Shown one piece after another: positions 18,798 to 27,001 of a DNA stretch of 46,792 nucleotides (position 1 is its first letter; each line of letters starts with the position of its first letter). The DNA comes from Pontiella sp. Lineage in GTDB: Bacteria; Verrucomicrobiota; Kiritimatiellia; Kiritimatiellales; Pontiellaceae. The position numbers were made by a program, and so were the translations under genes. Under the pieces are notes generated by a model. It had not been told where the DNA came from. It saw nothing but the letters and a program-made list of their open reading frames with translations, and searched no databases. The DNA is taken from NCBI GenBank assembly GCA_050297095.1, contig JBNKSB010000102.1:1-46792 (forward strand), read 5' to 3'.

Positions 18798-19478
18798 ATG
18801 AATACATTGGCCATCGTGATTGCTTGCGGTCGGGAAGAAGAAGTTGCTACGGGACAGGAGGCGGCATTTCTCACGTTGGGTGAGTCTCCAATGCTTGTTC
18901 ATTCTCTGAAAACGCTTGAAAAGTGTACGGCGATTGATGGAATTGTCATCGCCATTTCAAAGCCAAGGGTGGATGCGACGATTCATTTGATCAAACGCTA
19001 TGGTTTCACGAAGATAAAGGGCGTGGTTGTTGGTGGAGCCGGGCGACAAAGCACACTGAAAACCGTATTGTCCAAGCTGCCTGCGTCACCGTCCCTTGTT
19101 GTTATACACGAGGCCTCGCGACCGTTCGTGGGTTGCGACGTTATTGAGGAATCCATCAAGGCTGGCAAGCGTTACGGATGCGCGATTGCCGCTCATAAAT
19201 TGCCGGATGCCATAAAGGTCGCGCCGAAGGGAATGAAGGTCTTGAAAACCTTGGAACGCAATTCAGCCTGGGCTGCGGCTACGCCGCAGGCTTTCAAATA
19301 CGACGTGCTCGAAAAAGTGATCAAGGGCAAGGGGCTTAAAATGATCGATGACGAGTCGGAATTTGTTCCAAAATCCACTGGCGTGCATTTGGTTGAAACC
19401 GGCCCGCTTAACATCAAAATCCGAACGTCGGCCGACTTGGCTATAGCCACATCTCTGATCAACGGCAAGATCGTGTGA
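18798..19478 (+). CDS. IspD/TarI-like cytidylyltransferase-fold protein with degenerate active site
   Basis: GG..RQ, IHEASRP, ATPQAF, NIKI.T..DL retained. The N-terminal AAGxGxRM..PKQ motif is replaced by IACGREEEVATGQEAAF. Confidence 0.8.
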   Translation: MNTLAIVIACGREEEVATGQEAAFLTLGESPMLVHSLKTLEKCTAIDGIVIAISKPRVDATIHLIKRYGFTKIKGVVVGGAGRQSTLKTVLSKLPASPSLVVIHEASRPFVGCDVIEESIKAGKRYGCAIAAHKLPDAIKVAPKGMKVLKTLERNSAWAAATPQAFKYDVLEKVIKGKGLKMIDDESEFVPKSTGVHLVETGPLNIKIRTSADLAIATSLINGKIV

Positions 19479-20204
19479 TTACCGGCCGTATTCCAGCCGC
19501 AAGGCATTCCTGAAAGGGAGGCCCGCTTTCCTGATTTTTTTCTGTACCGTTGCGATGTCGTATTCCACGCGGCGCAGCGTGACGGTTTGTGCATTCAGGT
19601 CAAAGATGGCGTAGGCCGCATGTGGATTTCGGTCACGTGGTTGACCGACACTGCCGACGTTGACGAGGTATTGGAAACCGGACTTGATGTTCAATGTTTC
19701 GTAATACCCGGATTCAACCGAAGTTCCGTCGTGAACAAATGCCAAGGGCACATGCGTGTGGCCGAAAAAGCAAACATTGGAAAACTGGTTTCGGAAGCTG
19801 GATTCCGCCGCGTTCCGCTTGAATATATAGTTCCATTTGCTCGGATTGTTGAGCGAACTGTGGACGATGGTAAAGCCATCATAATCCTTAACCATTGGGA
19901 GTTCGCGCAAGAATTTCCGGTCCAGCAGCGTGAGTTGCTTTCGCGTCCAATCAATGCTTCGCCGTGCCATGGGGGTGAATAGCTCCATGGATTCGTTGCA
20001 ACCCGCATAATAGTCATGGTTGCCCTGGACGATATCGCAACCCAGACCGCGTACTGTTTTCAGGCAGGCCTTGGGATCGGCGTTGTAGCCCACCACATCA
20101 CCGGTACAGACAAAATTCGTGACGCCCTGTTCTTGCGCATCGTTCAGAACCGACTGCAACGCCTCAAGGTTGGCGTGGATATCGCCTAAAATTGCATACT
20201 TCAT
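19479..20204 (-). CDS. Calcineurin-like metallophosphoesterase (YfcE/MJ0936-like)
   Basis: GDIHAN, GDVVGY, GNHD, GHTH, NVGSVGQPRD. Start ATG overlaps the acylphosphatase stop (TAATG). Confidence 0.9.
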   Translation of the reverse strand: MKYAILGDIHANLEALQSVLNDAQEQGVTNFVCTGDVVGYNADPKACLKTVRGLGCDIVQGNHDYYAGCNESMELFTPMARRSIDWTRKQLTLLDRKFLRELPMVKDYDGFTIVHSSLNNPSKWNYIFKRNAAESSFRNQFSNVCFFGHTHVPLAFVHDGTSVESGYYETLNIKSGFQYLVNVGSVGQPRDRNPHAAYAIFDLNAQTVTLRRVEYDIATVQKKIRKAGLPFRNALRLEYGR

Positions 20205-20497
20205 TAAAAGGACACTCCGAATCCCTTGTATTCTCCCGTGGCGGTTTCCCATGCCACTCGATCCTGCACAATATATCGTTTCAATTCTGAATTGCGAACG
20301 TCATGGATAAAATCCGATAGCAGACGCTCCGGTCCTTCCGCAATAATTTCCACATCGCCATCCCAAAGATTGCGCACAAAGCCCGTCACCTGCGGAAATC
20401 CCTCCGCAATGCGGCAAACCGTGAAACGAAAGCCAACTCCCTGCACCCGTCCTGAAAAAAGAGCATGCAGCCGTTTATCTGACATTCCCGCTTCCAT
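20204..20497 (-). CDS. acyP: Acylphosphatase
   Basis: SGRVQGVGFR and GFVRNL.DG.VE..AEG signatures. Start is 20497 or 20485. Confidence 0.92.
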   Translation of the reverse strand: MEAGMSDKRLHALFSGRVQGVGFRFTVCRIAEGFPQVTGFVRNLWDGDVEIIAEGPERLLSDFIHDVRNSELKRYIVQDRVAWETATGEYKGFGVSF

Positions 20498-20504
20498 CCA
20501 ATTG

Positions 20505-20533
20505 CTTATAACTCAACCGGGAAGGATCGGCAA
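20505..20533 (-). promoter_or_regulatory. Putative sigma70 promoter of acyP (possibly leaderless)
   Basis: Minus strand TTGCCG-17 nt-TATAAG, 7 nt before ATG 20497. Confidence 0.5.
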
Positions 20534-20608
20534 AGTGACAATAAACAGAAATAAGTTTTCTCTAGTAGAAAAACATGCACAATTCCCGAGTCAACCTGGG
20601 AGAAAAAC

Positions 20609-21208
20609 ATGGCGGAAAATCGATTCGAAGGACGATACCAGTCTGGCAATACACCTTGGGATCATGGCATGGTGGACTACAACCTGATTGAGGTGGTTGC
20701 CAAGCATGAGGTGGAACCCTGCCGTGTGCTCGATATCGGGTGCGGTACGGGCGAGAATGCCATCTGGCTCGCACAACAGGGTTTCGAAGTGGTGGCCTGC
20801 GATCTTTCACCCACAGCCATCCAGCGGGCAAAAGATAAACTGTCGGCTGCAAAGGCGGACGTCTGCTTTCTGGTTGCCGACTTTTTGGTCGACTCCATTC
20901 CCGATGCCCCTTTCGGCTTTGTGTTTGATCGAGGGTGCCTCCATTGCATGACTGAAGAAACGGAACGCAAAGCCTTTGTCGAAAAAGTTGCCGGCCTGTT
21001 GGAGGATGGCACCTATTGGCTTTCATTGGTCGGGAACGCCGATGAAGGCGAGCGCGAGGTCGGACCGCCTCAGCTCACGGCCCGCGAGCTGGTTGGTGCT
21101 GTTGAATCGCATTTTGAAATCGTGTCGCTGACCACCGGTCATTTCGGTTCCGATCAGGAGGTTCCTCCTAGGGCATGGGTCTGCTTGATGCGCAAGCGCA
21201 AGGGCTGA
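20609..21208 (+). CDS. Class I SAM-dependent methyltransferase (thiopurine/thiol methyltransferase-like)
   Basis: TPWD, VLDIGCGTG (motif I), DLSPTAI, FDRGCLH. Confidence 0.85.
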   Translation: MAENRFEGRYQSGNTPWDHGMVDYNLIEVVAKHEVEPCRVLDIGCGTGENAIWLAQQGFEVVACDLSPTAIQRAKDKLSAAKADVCFLVADFLVDSIPDAPFGFVFDRGCLHCMTEETERKAFVEKVAGLLEDGTYWLSLVGNADEGEREVGPPQLTARELVGAVESHFEIVSLTTGHFGSDQEVPPRAWVCLMRKRKG

Positions 21209-21967
21209 TTATCGCTCAGAGCGCGTAAAGACCGGTTCGTCCGGTTTAGAAAAATCGGGGTTATAGGCGTAGCCGTCTTCGGAAAATCCAAGCATACCCT
21301 CTACATTGGCCACGCGGTTTTCAATCAGATAACGCGCCATGGTTCCCCGCGCCTTTTTGGCGTAGAAGCTGATGATCTTGAACTTGCCGTTTTTTTCGTC
21401 CTTGAACACCGGCGAGATGATTTTCTTGTTCAGCGTTTTCGTATTGATGGCCTTGAAGTATTCCTGCGACGCCAGATTAACGAGCAGGATGCCTGGCTCG
21501 GCGTTGAGGGTTTCGGTGATCGCATCGCGCCAGAACTCGTAGAGGTTCTTTGCGTCGCCGGCCTGTAACGGGCGGCCCATTTCAAGACGGTAGGGCTGGA
21601 TCAAATCGAGCGGGCGGAGCAAGCCATAGAGGCCCGAAAGAATGCGCAGATGGTTTTGGGCATACTGGATGTCGCGCTTGTTGAGTGTGGCTGCGCCGAG
21701 TCCTTCGTAGACATCACCGGTAAATGCCAGCAGGGATTGCTTTGCATTGTCCAGGGTGAATGGCAGGTTCCATTCCTTAAAGCGCTGACGGTTCAGGTCT
21801 GCCAGCTTTTCACTGATTCCCATGAACGCCATCAGTTGCTGGTTGGATAACCGGCGCAGTTCGGTGATTAGAAGTTCCGATCGGGCGAGAAAGTCGGGCT
21901 GTGAAGCGTCCGCGAGCTTCACCGCTGCCATATCCATGTTTTTGGAAGGGGACAGTACAATAATCAT
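21209..21967 (-). CDS. yaaA: Peroxide stress protein YaaA (DUF328)
   Basis: LSPSK, FTGDVY.GL, LRILSGLYGLLRPLD.IQPYRLEMG, NLASQEY, SFYAKKARG. Start placed at ATG 21967 after GGAGG. Confidence 0.93.
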   Translation of the reverse strand: MIIVLSPSKNMDMAAVKLADASQPDFLARSELLITELRRLSNQQLMAFMGISEKLADLNRQRFKEWNLPFTLDNAKQSLLAFTGDVYEGLGAATLNKRDIQYAQNHLRILSGLYGLLRPLDLIQPYRLEMGRPLQAGDAKNLYEFWRDAITETLNAEPGILLVNLASQEYFKAINTKTLNKKIISPVFKDEKNGKFKIISFYAKKARGTMARYLIENRVANVEGMLGFSEDGYAYNPDFSKPDEPVFTRSER

Positions 21968-21983
21968 GGTGTTTCCTCCTGCC

Positions 21984-23126
21984 CTATTTTTCGAGCATAT
22001 GGCGGATTGGATCCGCGTATAGTTCAGGTTCAAGCAAGAAGGAATCGTGTCCCTTCACGGAATGAACCGTGAGGTATTCCGATTCAACGCCGGCCGACAA
22101 CAGATGCTTGTGGATTGCCGCTTGTTCTTCGGGATAGAAGCAGACATCGGAATCGATGCTGAAGATGAGGTATTCCTGGTTTCGGCAGCGTTCGAACAGT
22201 GCCTTGTAGCTTTCAAACCCGGTATCGTTCTTTAGATGGAAATTGGTCCAGGCGGCCACCAGATAGAGGTAGGTGTTGGCGTCGAACCGCTTCAGGAACT
22301 TGCGGCCCTGGTGTAGAATGAAAGATTCCAGCGGGGTTTTGATCTTGTACCACGAAAAATCGTCTTCTTCTTGTTCGCACTTGTCGGTCATCCGTTCCTC
22401 CATGTCGTGGAGCGATACGAAGGTTTTGTGCGAAATCATGCGGGCCAGCGCAAGGCCACGCAGCGGGGCTGGACCGTCATAGTAGTGCCCGTTGTTGAAG
22501 TTGGGATCGTTTTCGATTGCCAGAATCTGTTCGAGGTTGTGGACGCGCGTCAAGGTGGTGGAATCGAGACCACACGCCACGGGAATGACCCGGTTTACCA
22601 TTTCGGGATAGCGGGTTGCAAAGTTGAGCACCATCATGCCGCCGAGTGAGGAGCCGATCGCGGCATGGAATTTCTCAATCCCAAGGTGTCTGAACAGGGG
22701 GAGTTGCGAGTCGACGATATCTCCAAAGCTGATTGCCGGGAAATCGCCGCCATACTCCTTTCCGGTCTCCGGGCTGATGGAGGCTGGACCGGTGCTGCCG
22801 TAGCACCCTCCCAGATAGTTTGCGCAGACAACAAAGAAGCGATCAGTGTCAACCGCTTTACCCGGTCCGACAAACTCATCCCACCAGCCTGTTTGGCAGG
22901 CATCGTTCCAGATTTCGCCTACGCCGGGAACCTCGGGGTTGAACCCGGCAACATGATGCGAACCTGACAAGGCATGAAAAATAAGAATGGCGTTATCCTT
23001 GTTTTCATTAAGTTCGCCATAGGTTTCATAGGCCAGCGTCACGGGACCGAATGTCTGCCCATCGTGCAGCACAAGGCGGCTTTCGGGATTCTTCCCATAT
23101 GTGAAAAACTTGCTTCTTACTTCCAT
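21984..23126 (-). CDS. metX: Homoserine O-acetyltransferase (MetX family)
   Basis: AYETYG, HALSG, GWW..VGPG, GSSLGG nucleophile elbow, RFDANTY, GHDSFLL. Confidence 0.92.
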   Translation of the reverse strand: MEVRSKFFTYGKNPESRLVLHDGQTFGPVTLAYETYGELNENKDNAILIFHALSGSHHVAGFNPEVPGVGEIWNDACQTGWWDEFVGPGKAVDTDRFFVVCANYLGGCYGSTGPASISPETGKEYGGDFPAISFGDIVDSQLPLFRHLGIEKFHAAIGSSLGGMMVLNFATRYPEMVNRVIPVACGLDSTTLTRVHNLEQILAIENDPNFNNGHYYDGPAPLRGLALARMISHKTFVSLHDMEERMTDKCEQEEDDFSWYKIKTPLESFILHQGRKFLKRFDANTYLYLVAAWTNFHLKNDTGFESYKALFERCRNQEYLIFSIDSDVCFYPEEQAAIHKHLLSAGVESEYLTVHSVKGHDSFLLEPELYADPIRHMLEK

Positions 23127-23135
23127 TTTATCCTT

Positions 23136-23162
23136 AAAAGGCCACCCCCGAAGGGATGGCCC
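23136..23162 (-). terminator. Terminator-like hairpin between metY and metX
   Basis: Minus strand GGCCATCCC-TTCG-GGGGTGGCC-TTTT (cUUCGg tetraloop). Confidence 0.6.
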
Positions 23163-23174
23163 TGGGTTTGATTC

Positions 23175-24437
23175 CTAGACGTTTTCCAAAGCCTGATCTA
23201 TATCAGACAGGATGTCGTCAAGGTGTTCAATCCCTACCGAGAGACGGATCAATCCCGGGGAAATACCGCCCGCCGCCTGCTGCTCTTCGGAGAGCTGCGA
23301 GTGCGTCGTGCTGGCTGGATGGATTGCCAGGCTCTTGGCGTCGCCGACGTTGGCCAGGTGCGCGAAAAGCTGGAGCGATTCGATGAATTTTCGTCCCGCC
23401 TCTTCGCCGCCTTTGATCTCGAATACCACCATGCCACCCGCGCCGTTCGGCAGGTATTTTTCGGCCTTGGAATCGAACCCGGCATACTTGACCCATTCGA
23501 CCTTGTCGCTCTTCTGCAGGTGCTTCGCCACAGCCAGCCCGTTTTCGGAATGGCGTTCCATCCGGAGGGCTAGGGTTTCGATGCCCTGCAAGATTGTCCA
23601 TGCATTGTCGGGCGAGATGCAGGCTCCCAGGTTGCGCAATGGCACAAGCCTCATGCGCAGGATGTAGGCGAGGGGGGCGAGATCACCCAGATCGGTGGCA
23701 TAGCGGATGTCATGATAGCTCGGGTCGGGTTCGGAGAGCAACGGATGCTTGCCGGTGGTCCAGTCAAACTTTCCTGAATCCACTACGATGCCGCCTATAG
23801 CGGTGCCGTGTCCGCCCATCCATTTGGTCAGGGAATGCACCACGATGTCTGCGCCGTGCTCGATAGGACGCAACAGGGCGGGGGAGGTGAACGTGCTGTC
23901 AACGATCAGCGGCAGTCCATGGGCATGCGCCACGTCGGCAATGCCTTGGATGTCGACTAGATTCAGGGCCGGGTTTCCGATTGTTTCGCAGAATACCGCC
24001 TTGGTCTTTTCATTAATGGCCGCCGCAAAATTCTGGGGATCGGAGGGGTCAACGAAATGCACCTTGATGCCCATGGACGGCAGGATGTCGTTGAATTGGG
24101 TGTAGGTTCCACCGTAGAGGTTGTTTGCTGTAACGATTTCATCGCCGGCCTGTGCCAGGTTGATGATGCTGTAGAAGATGGCACTGGTGCCGGATGCAAC
24201 GCCCAGGGCAGCAGCGCCCCCCTCGAGTGCGGCCACGCGATCTTCGAGCACGGCCGTGGTCGGATTCATCAGGCGAGTGTAGATATTGCCCAGTTCTTTT
24301 AGCGCGAAAAGGTTGGCCGCGTGTTCCGTGCTGTCGAAACGGTAGGCTGCCGTGCGATAGACCGGAACGGCTTGCGATTTGGTGGTGGCTTCCGGCGAGT
24401 AGCCGGCGTGGAGGCATAGGGTTTCCAATTTACTCAT
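23175..24437 (-). CDS. metY: O-acetylhomoserine aminocarboxypropyltransferase / sulfhydrylase
   Basis: GNIYTRLMNPT, LYGGT, ETIGNP, HSLTKWMGGHG (PLP Lys), ANVGDAKSLAIHPASTTH, IRLSVGIE. Start placed at ATG 24437 after AAGGA. Confidence 0.93.
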   Translation of the reverse strand: MSKLETLCLHAGYSPEATTKSQAVPVYRTAAYRFDSTEHAANLFALKELGNIYTRLMNPTTAVLEDRVAALEGGAAALGVASGTSAIFYSIINLAQAGDEIVTANNLYGGTYTQFNDILPSMGIKVHFVDPSDPQNFAAAINEKTKAVFCETIGNPALNLVDIQGIADVAHAHGLPLIVDSTFTSPALLRPIEHGADIVVHSLTKWMGGHGTAIGGIVVDSGKFDWTTGKHPLLSEPDPSYHDIRYATDLGDLAPLAYILRMRLVPLRNLGACISPDNAWTILQGIETLALRMERHSENGLAVAKHLQKSDKVEWVKYAGFDSKAEKYLPNGAGGMVVFEIKGGEEAGRKFIESLQLFAHLANVGDAKSLAIHPASTTHSQLSEEQQAAGGISPGLIRLSVGIEHLDDILSDIDQALENV

Positions 24438-24544
24438 CTTGTCTTTCCTTTCGTTAATAGTCAATCCGGGTAAAAAAGCCCGTAAAAACAGACGCAGGGA
24501 AGCTTTGGGGAAGACACCGATCATTTTCCCGTTTTCTTTGGGAA

Positions 24545-24645
24545 CACATCGTTGCTTTGCACAGCAAAGCCTGGCCTTGGCACCTTAACATTTCAGGTTG
24601 CCGGGCGATCCTAGGGCCAGTTCCCTCACGCCGCTCTCAATGTTA
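24545..24645 (-). ncRNA. SAM-I family riboswitch
   Basis: Minus strand ACATTGAGAGCGGCGTGAGGGAACTGGCCCTAGGATCGCCCGGCAACCTGAAATGTTAAGGTGCCAAGGCCAGGCTTTGCTGTGCAAAGCAACGATGT. P1 ACAUU/GAUGU, GAGGGA.CTGGCCC, GCAACC, GGTGCCAA, L2 CTGG / CCAG pseudoknot; directly upstream of metY. Confidence 0.92.
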
Positions 24646-24761
24646 ATATGATAAATAAGGTAGTATATTGTGTGATTTAGTCAAGCGTCTTTGTGTAATG
24701 TTTTTATGTGTTTTGGTGCAGTGACTTATGACTACTTGTGAGGTGGGTTAAGTGGTGGGGC

Positions 24762-25508
24762 CTAGTTCTTGTTTCGTTTTTGATCGGCGATGGTCTGGCG
24801 AAGCAGCTTCAGTTCGGCAGGCTTGGCGGGGCGCCATTTTCCCGGTTTCAGGTCATCCATCCGGATGGGACCAATGGATATGCGCATCAGTCGATAGACC
24901 TTCTTATCAAAATGTTCCATCAAGCGCCGGATATGACGGTTTTTTCCTTCGCCGAGAACAATGGTGTATTCAACCCCTTTTCGGCTGGGGACCCCATCAT
25001 CGATTTCCAGCACGCGCAAGGTTTCACCCTTGTTGGGAATGCCGCGTTTCATCTTTTGCAGCTGATAGTGTCCCAATGGCGAATCGATCCAAACCTTGTA
25101 GGTTTTCTGTACATGGTAGCGCGGGTGCATCAAGGCGTGCGCCAGATCGCCGTCGTTGGTAACCATGATGAGACCCTCGCTCATAAAGTCGAGGCGCCCG
25201 ACCGTGTATACGCGTTCCGGCAGGTCTTCGAGCAGATCGAGCACCGTGGTCCGGCCCTGTGGATCGTCCGACGTGCATATAACCTTTGGCGGCTTGTTTA
25301 GAAGAATCGTGACCGCCGCTTCTTTGACAACGCGCTGGCCGTTGCAGACCACGATTTGCGAGGGCAGCACTTTGGTTCCCAATTCGGTTACGGTTTTCCC
25401 GTCGACAAAGACGCGACCGGCCGTGATCAGTTTTTCGCAAAACCGGCGTGAGCCCATCCCGCAATCGGCAAGATATTTCTGTAATCGAACTGGTTCGTTT
25501 TCAGGCAT
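24762..25508 (-). CDS. rRNA pseudouridine synthase, RsuA/RluB family
   Basis: RLQKYLA..G.GSRR (S4 domain), LNKP, VGRLDFMSEGL..TNDG, EGKNRHIRR. Confidence 0.93.
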   Translation of the reverse strand: MPENEPVRLQKYLADCGMGSRRFCEKLITAGRVFVDGKTVTELGTKVLPSQIVVCNGQRVVKEAAVTILLNKPPKVICTSDDPQGRTTVLDLLEDLPERVYTVGRLDFMSEGLIMVTNDGDLAHALMHPRYHVQKTYKVWIDSPLGHYQLQKMKRGIPNKGETLRVLEIDDGVPSRKGVEYTIVLGEGKNRHIRRLMEHFDKKVYRLMRISIGPIRMDDLKPGKWRPAKPAELKLLRQTIADQKRNKN

Positions 25509-25519
25509 GGGCTTAAATA

Positions 25520-25552
25520 AAAAGCACTCCCGGCCGAGCCTGGAGTGCTTTT
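25520..25552. terminator. Intrinsic terminator after the small basic protein gene
   Basis: AAAAGCACTCC-cggccgagcct-GGAGTGCTTTT. Confidence 0.8.
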
Positions 25553-25573
25553 CGAATCAATCCTGTCTGGCGG

Positions 25574-25729
25574 TTAGGCTTCGGCCTTGGTCTTCGGCAG
25601 GTTGAATGCGCGGTCGCCTTCTTTCCACTTGCCGTCCTTCTTCAAAACTTCGACTCGTTCGAAGCGCTTCAGAACATTGCGTTTTGTGCGGATTTTGGCC
25701 GCGCCCTTAAGGCTGCTGTGCATGGACAT
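25574..25729 (-). CDS. Small basic protein, PVC-superphylum signature protein
   Basis: Manual translation MSMHSSLKGAAKIRTKRNVLKRFERVEVLKKDGKWKEGDRAFNLPKTKAEA (51 aa) with the MS.H.SL..RNVLKR.ER...L...G.W..G....LPK pattern. GGAG RBS, own promoter and terminator. Below the ORF-track length cutoff. Confidence 0.9.
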   Translation of the reverse strand: MSMHSSLKGAAKIRTKRNVLKRFERVEVLKKDGKWKEGDRAFNLPKTKAEA

Positions 25730-25768
25730 AGTATTTCTCCGTCTTTAATTCTCTAAAAATGATCGCGG

Positions 25769-25797
25769 AACTTACCCCTTCGGTTGGGGGTTGTCAA
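25769..25797 (-). promoter_or_regulatory. Putative sigma70 promoter of the small basic protein gene
   Basis: Minus strand TTGACA-17 nt-TAAGTT. Confidence 0.65.
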
Positions 25798-25870
25798 AGC
25801 CTAAGCCGCGCTTTTTTCCACGCTTAAACAAGGTTGGTCGCTTCTGTTGCGTATCGGCGCAAGAATCAAA

Positions 25871-25899
25871 TTGCGGCGGTTGGGGCGATTCTCTAAAGT
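25871..25899 (+). promoter_or_regulatory. Putative promoter of gcvT (near-leaderless)
   Basis: TTGCGG-17 nt-TAAAGT, 9 nt before ATG 25909; no SD sequence visible. Confidence 0.45.
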
Positions 25900-25908
25900 G
25901 CGCGGATT

Positions 25909-26973
25909 ATGAAAAAAACAGCGCTACACGCACAACATTTGAAACTGGGCGCCCGCATGGGGGAATTCGGCGGTTGGGATATGCCGATTCAGTATGCAGG
26001 CATTCTGCAGGAACACCAACAAACCCGAACCAAAGCCTCGGTTTTCGATATTTGCCACATGGGGGAGTTCGAGCTTTCCGGGCCGACCGCTTGCCATGAT
26101 CTTGAACGGTTGCTGACCTGCAACATCGCTTCCCTGAAGCTTGGGCAGGTTCGCTACGGATTTATGCTCAATGAAGATGGGGGCACTATTGATGACCTGA
26201 CTTGCTACCGACTTGGTGATGACCGCTACATGCTGGTCGTCAACGCCGGAACGGCTGACAAGGATGCCGACTGGGTCCGCAGTCATATTTCCTCGGAAAC
26301 CAGCTTTGTCGATCTGTCCGCCGGTCTGGCCAAGCTCGATGTTCAGGGGCCGGAATCTCGTCGCGTACTGCAAGATGTTTTGGAATGCGAGTTGCCGGAT
26401 CTTGGGTATTTCCGTTTTGCAGAGTTTCAGGACAGCTTGTTGAGTCGGACCGGCTATACGGGCGACTGGGGCTATGAAATCTACCTGCCCAACGCCGATG
26501 CCATCGTGCTGTGGGATCAACTTGTGGAACATGACTGCTGCGAACCCGCTGGGTTGGGGGCCCGCGATACGCTTCGGCTCGAGATGGGCTATTCCCTGTA
26601 CGGGCATGAGCTCTCGGAAGCCTGCACCCCGGTTGCGACATCCCGCGGCGCGTTCATCAATGCCGAAAAGGAATTCATCGGTGTAGAACGGGTGTTGGAG
26701 GATCTTGCAAAACCGGATACCTATCTCGTTGGCTTGAAATTCGAATCGAAGCGGGCGGCCCGGGAGCACGACAAGGTGTACTCCGACGGCGTTGAAGTCG
26801 GCAAAGTAACCAGTGGTTCGGTGGCGCCAAGTCTTGGCGTTGCCGTGGCCATGGCGTTTGTCGATCCGAAGTTCTCCGAAGTTGGCCAGATCTTGCAGGT
26901 CGAAATCCGCGGGAAGCAGTTCCCTGCCGAAGTAGTAACTCTGCCATTCTACAAAAACGGAACCGCAAGGTAG
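25909..26973 (+). CDS. gcvT: Glycine cleavage system aminomethyltransferase T
   Basis: FGGWDMPIQY, FDICHMGE, DDL, VVNA, SRTGYTG, GLGARDTLRLEMG..LYGHE. Confidence 0.96.
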   Translation: MKKTALHAQHLKLGARMGEFGGWDMPIQYAGILQEHQQTRTKASVFDICHMGEFELSGPTACHDLERLLTCNIASLKLGQVRYGFMLNEDGGTIDDLTCYRLGDDRYMLVVNAGTADKDADWVRSHISSETSFVDLSAGLAKLDVQGPESRRVLQDVLECELPDLGYFRFAEFQDSLLSRTGYTGDWGYEIYLPNADAIVLWDQLVEHDCCEPAGLGARDTLRLEMGYSLYGHELSEACTPVATSRGAFINAEKEFIGVERVLEDLAKPDTYLVGLKFESKRAAREHDKVYSDGVEVGKVTSGSVAPSLGVAVAMAFVDPKFSEVGQILQVEIRGKQFPAEVVTLPFYKNGTAR

Positions 26974-27001
26974 ATCGCCACGAAAGAAACAGGATGAAGA
27001 A

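Noticed and set aside
25800-25908. Glycine riboswitch upstream of gcvT
   Set aside because: No GGAGA/CCGAAG/CTCTCAGG aptamer motifs, and the predicted promoter leaves almost no leader.
25924-26769. 281-aa minus-strand ORF
   Set aside because: Antisense shadow of gcvT.
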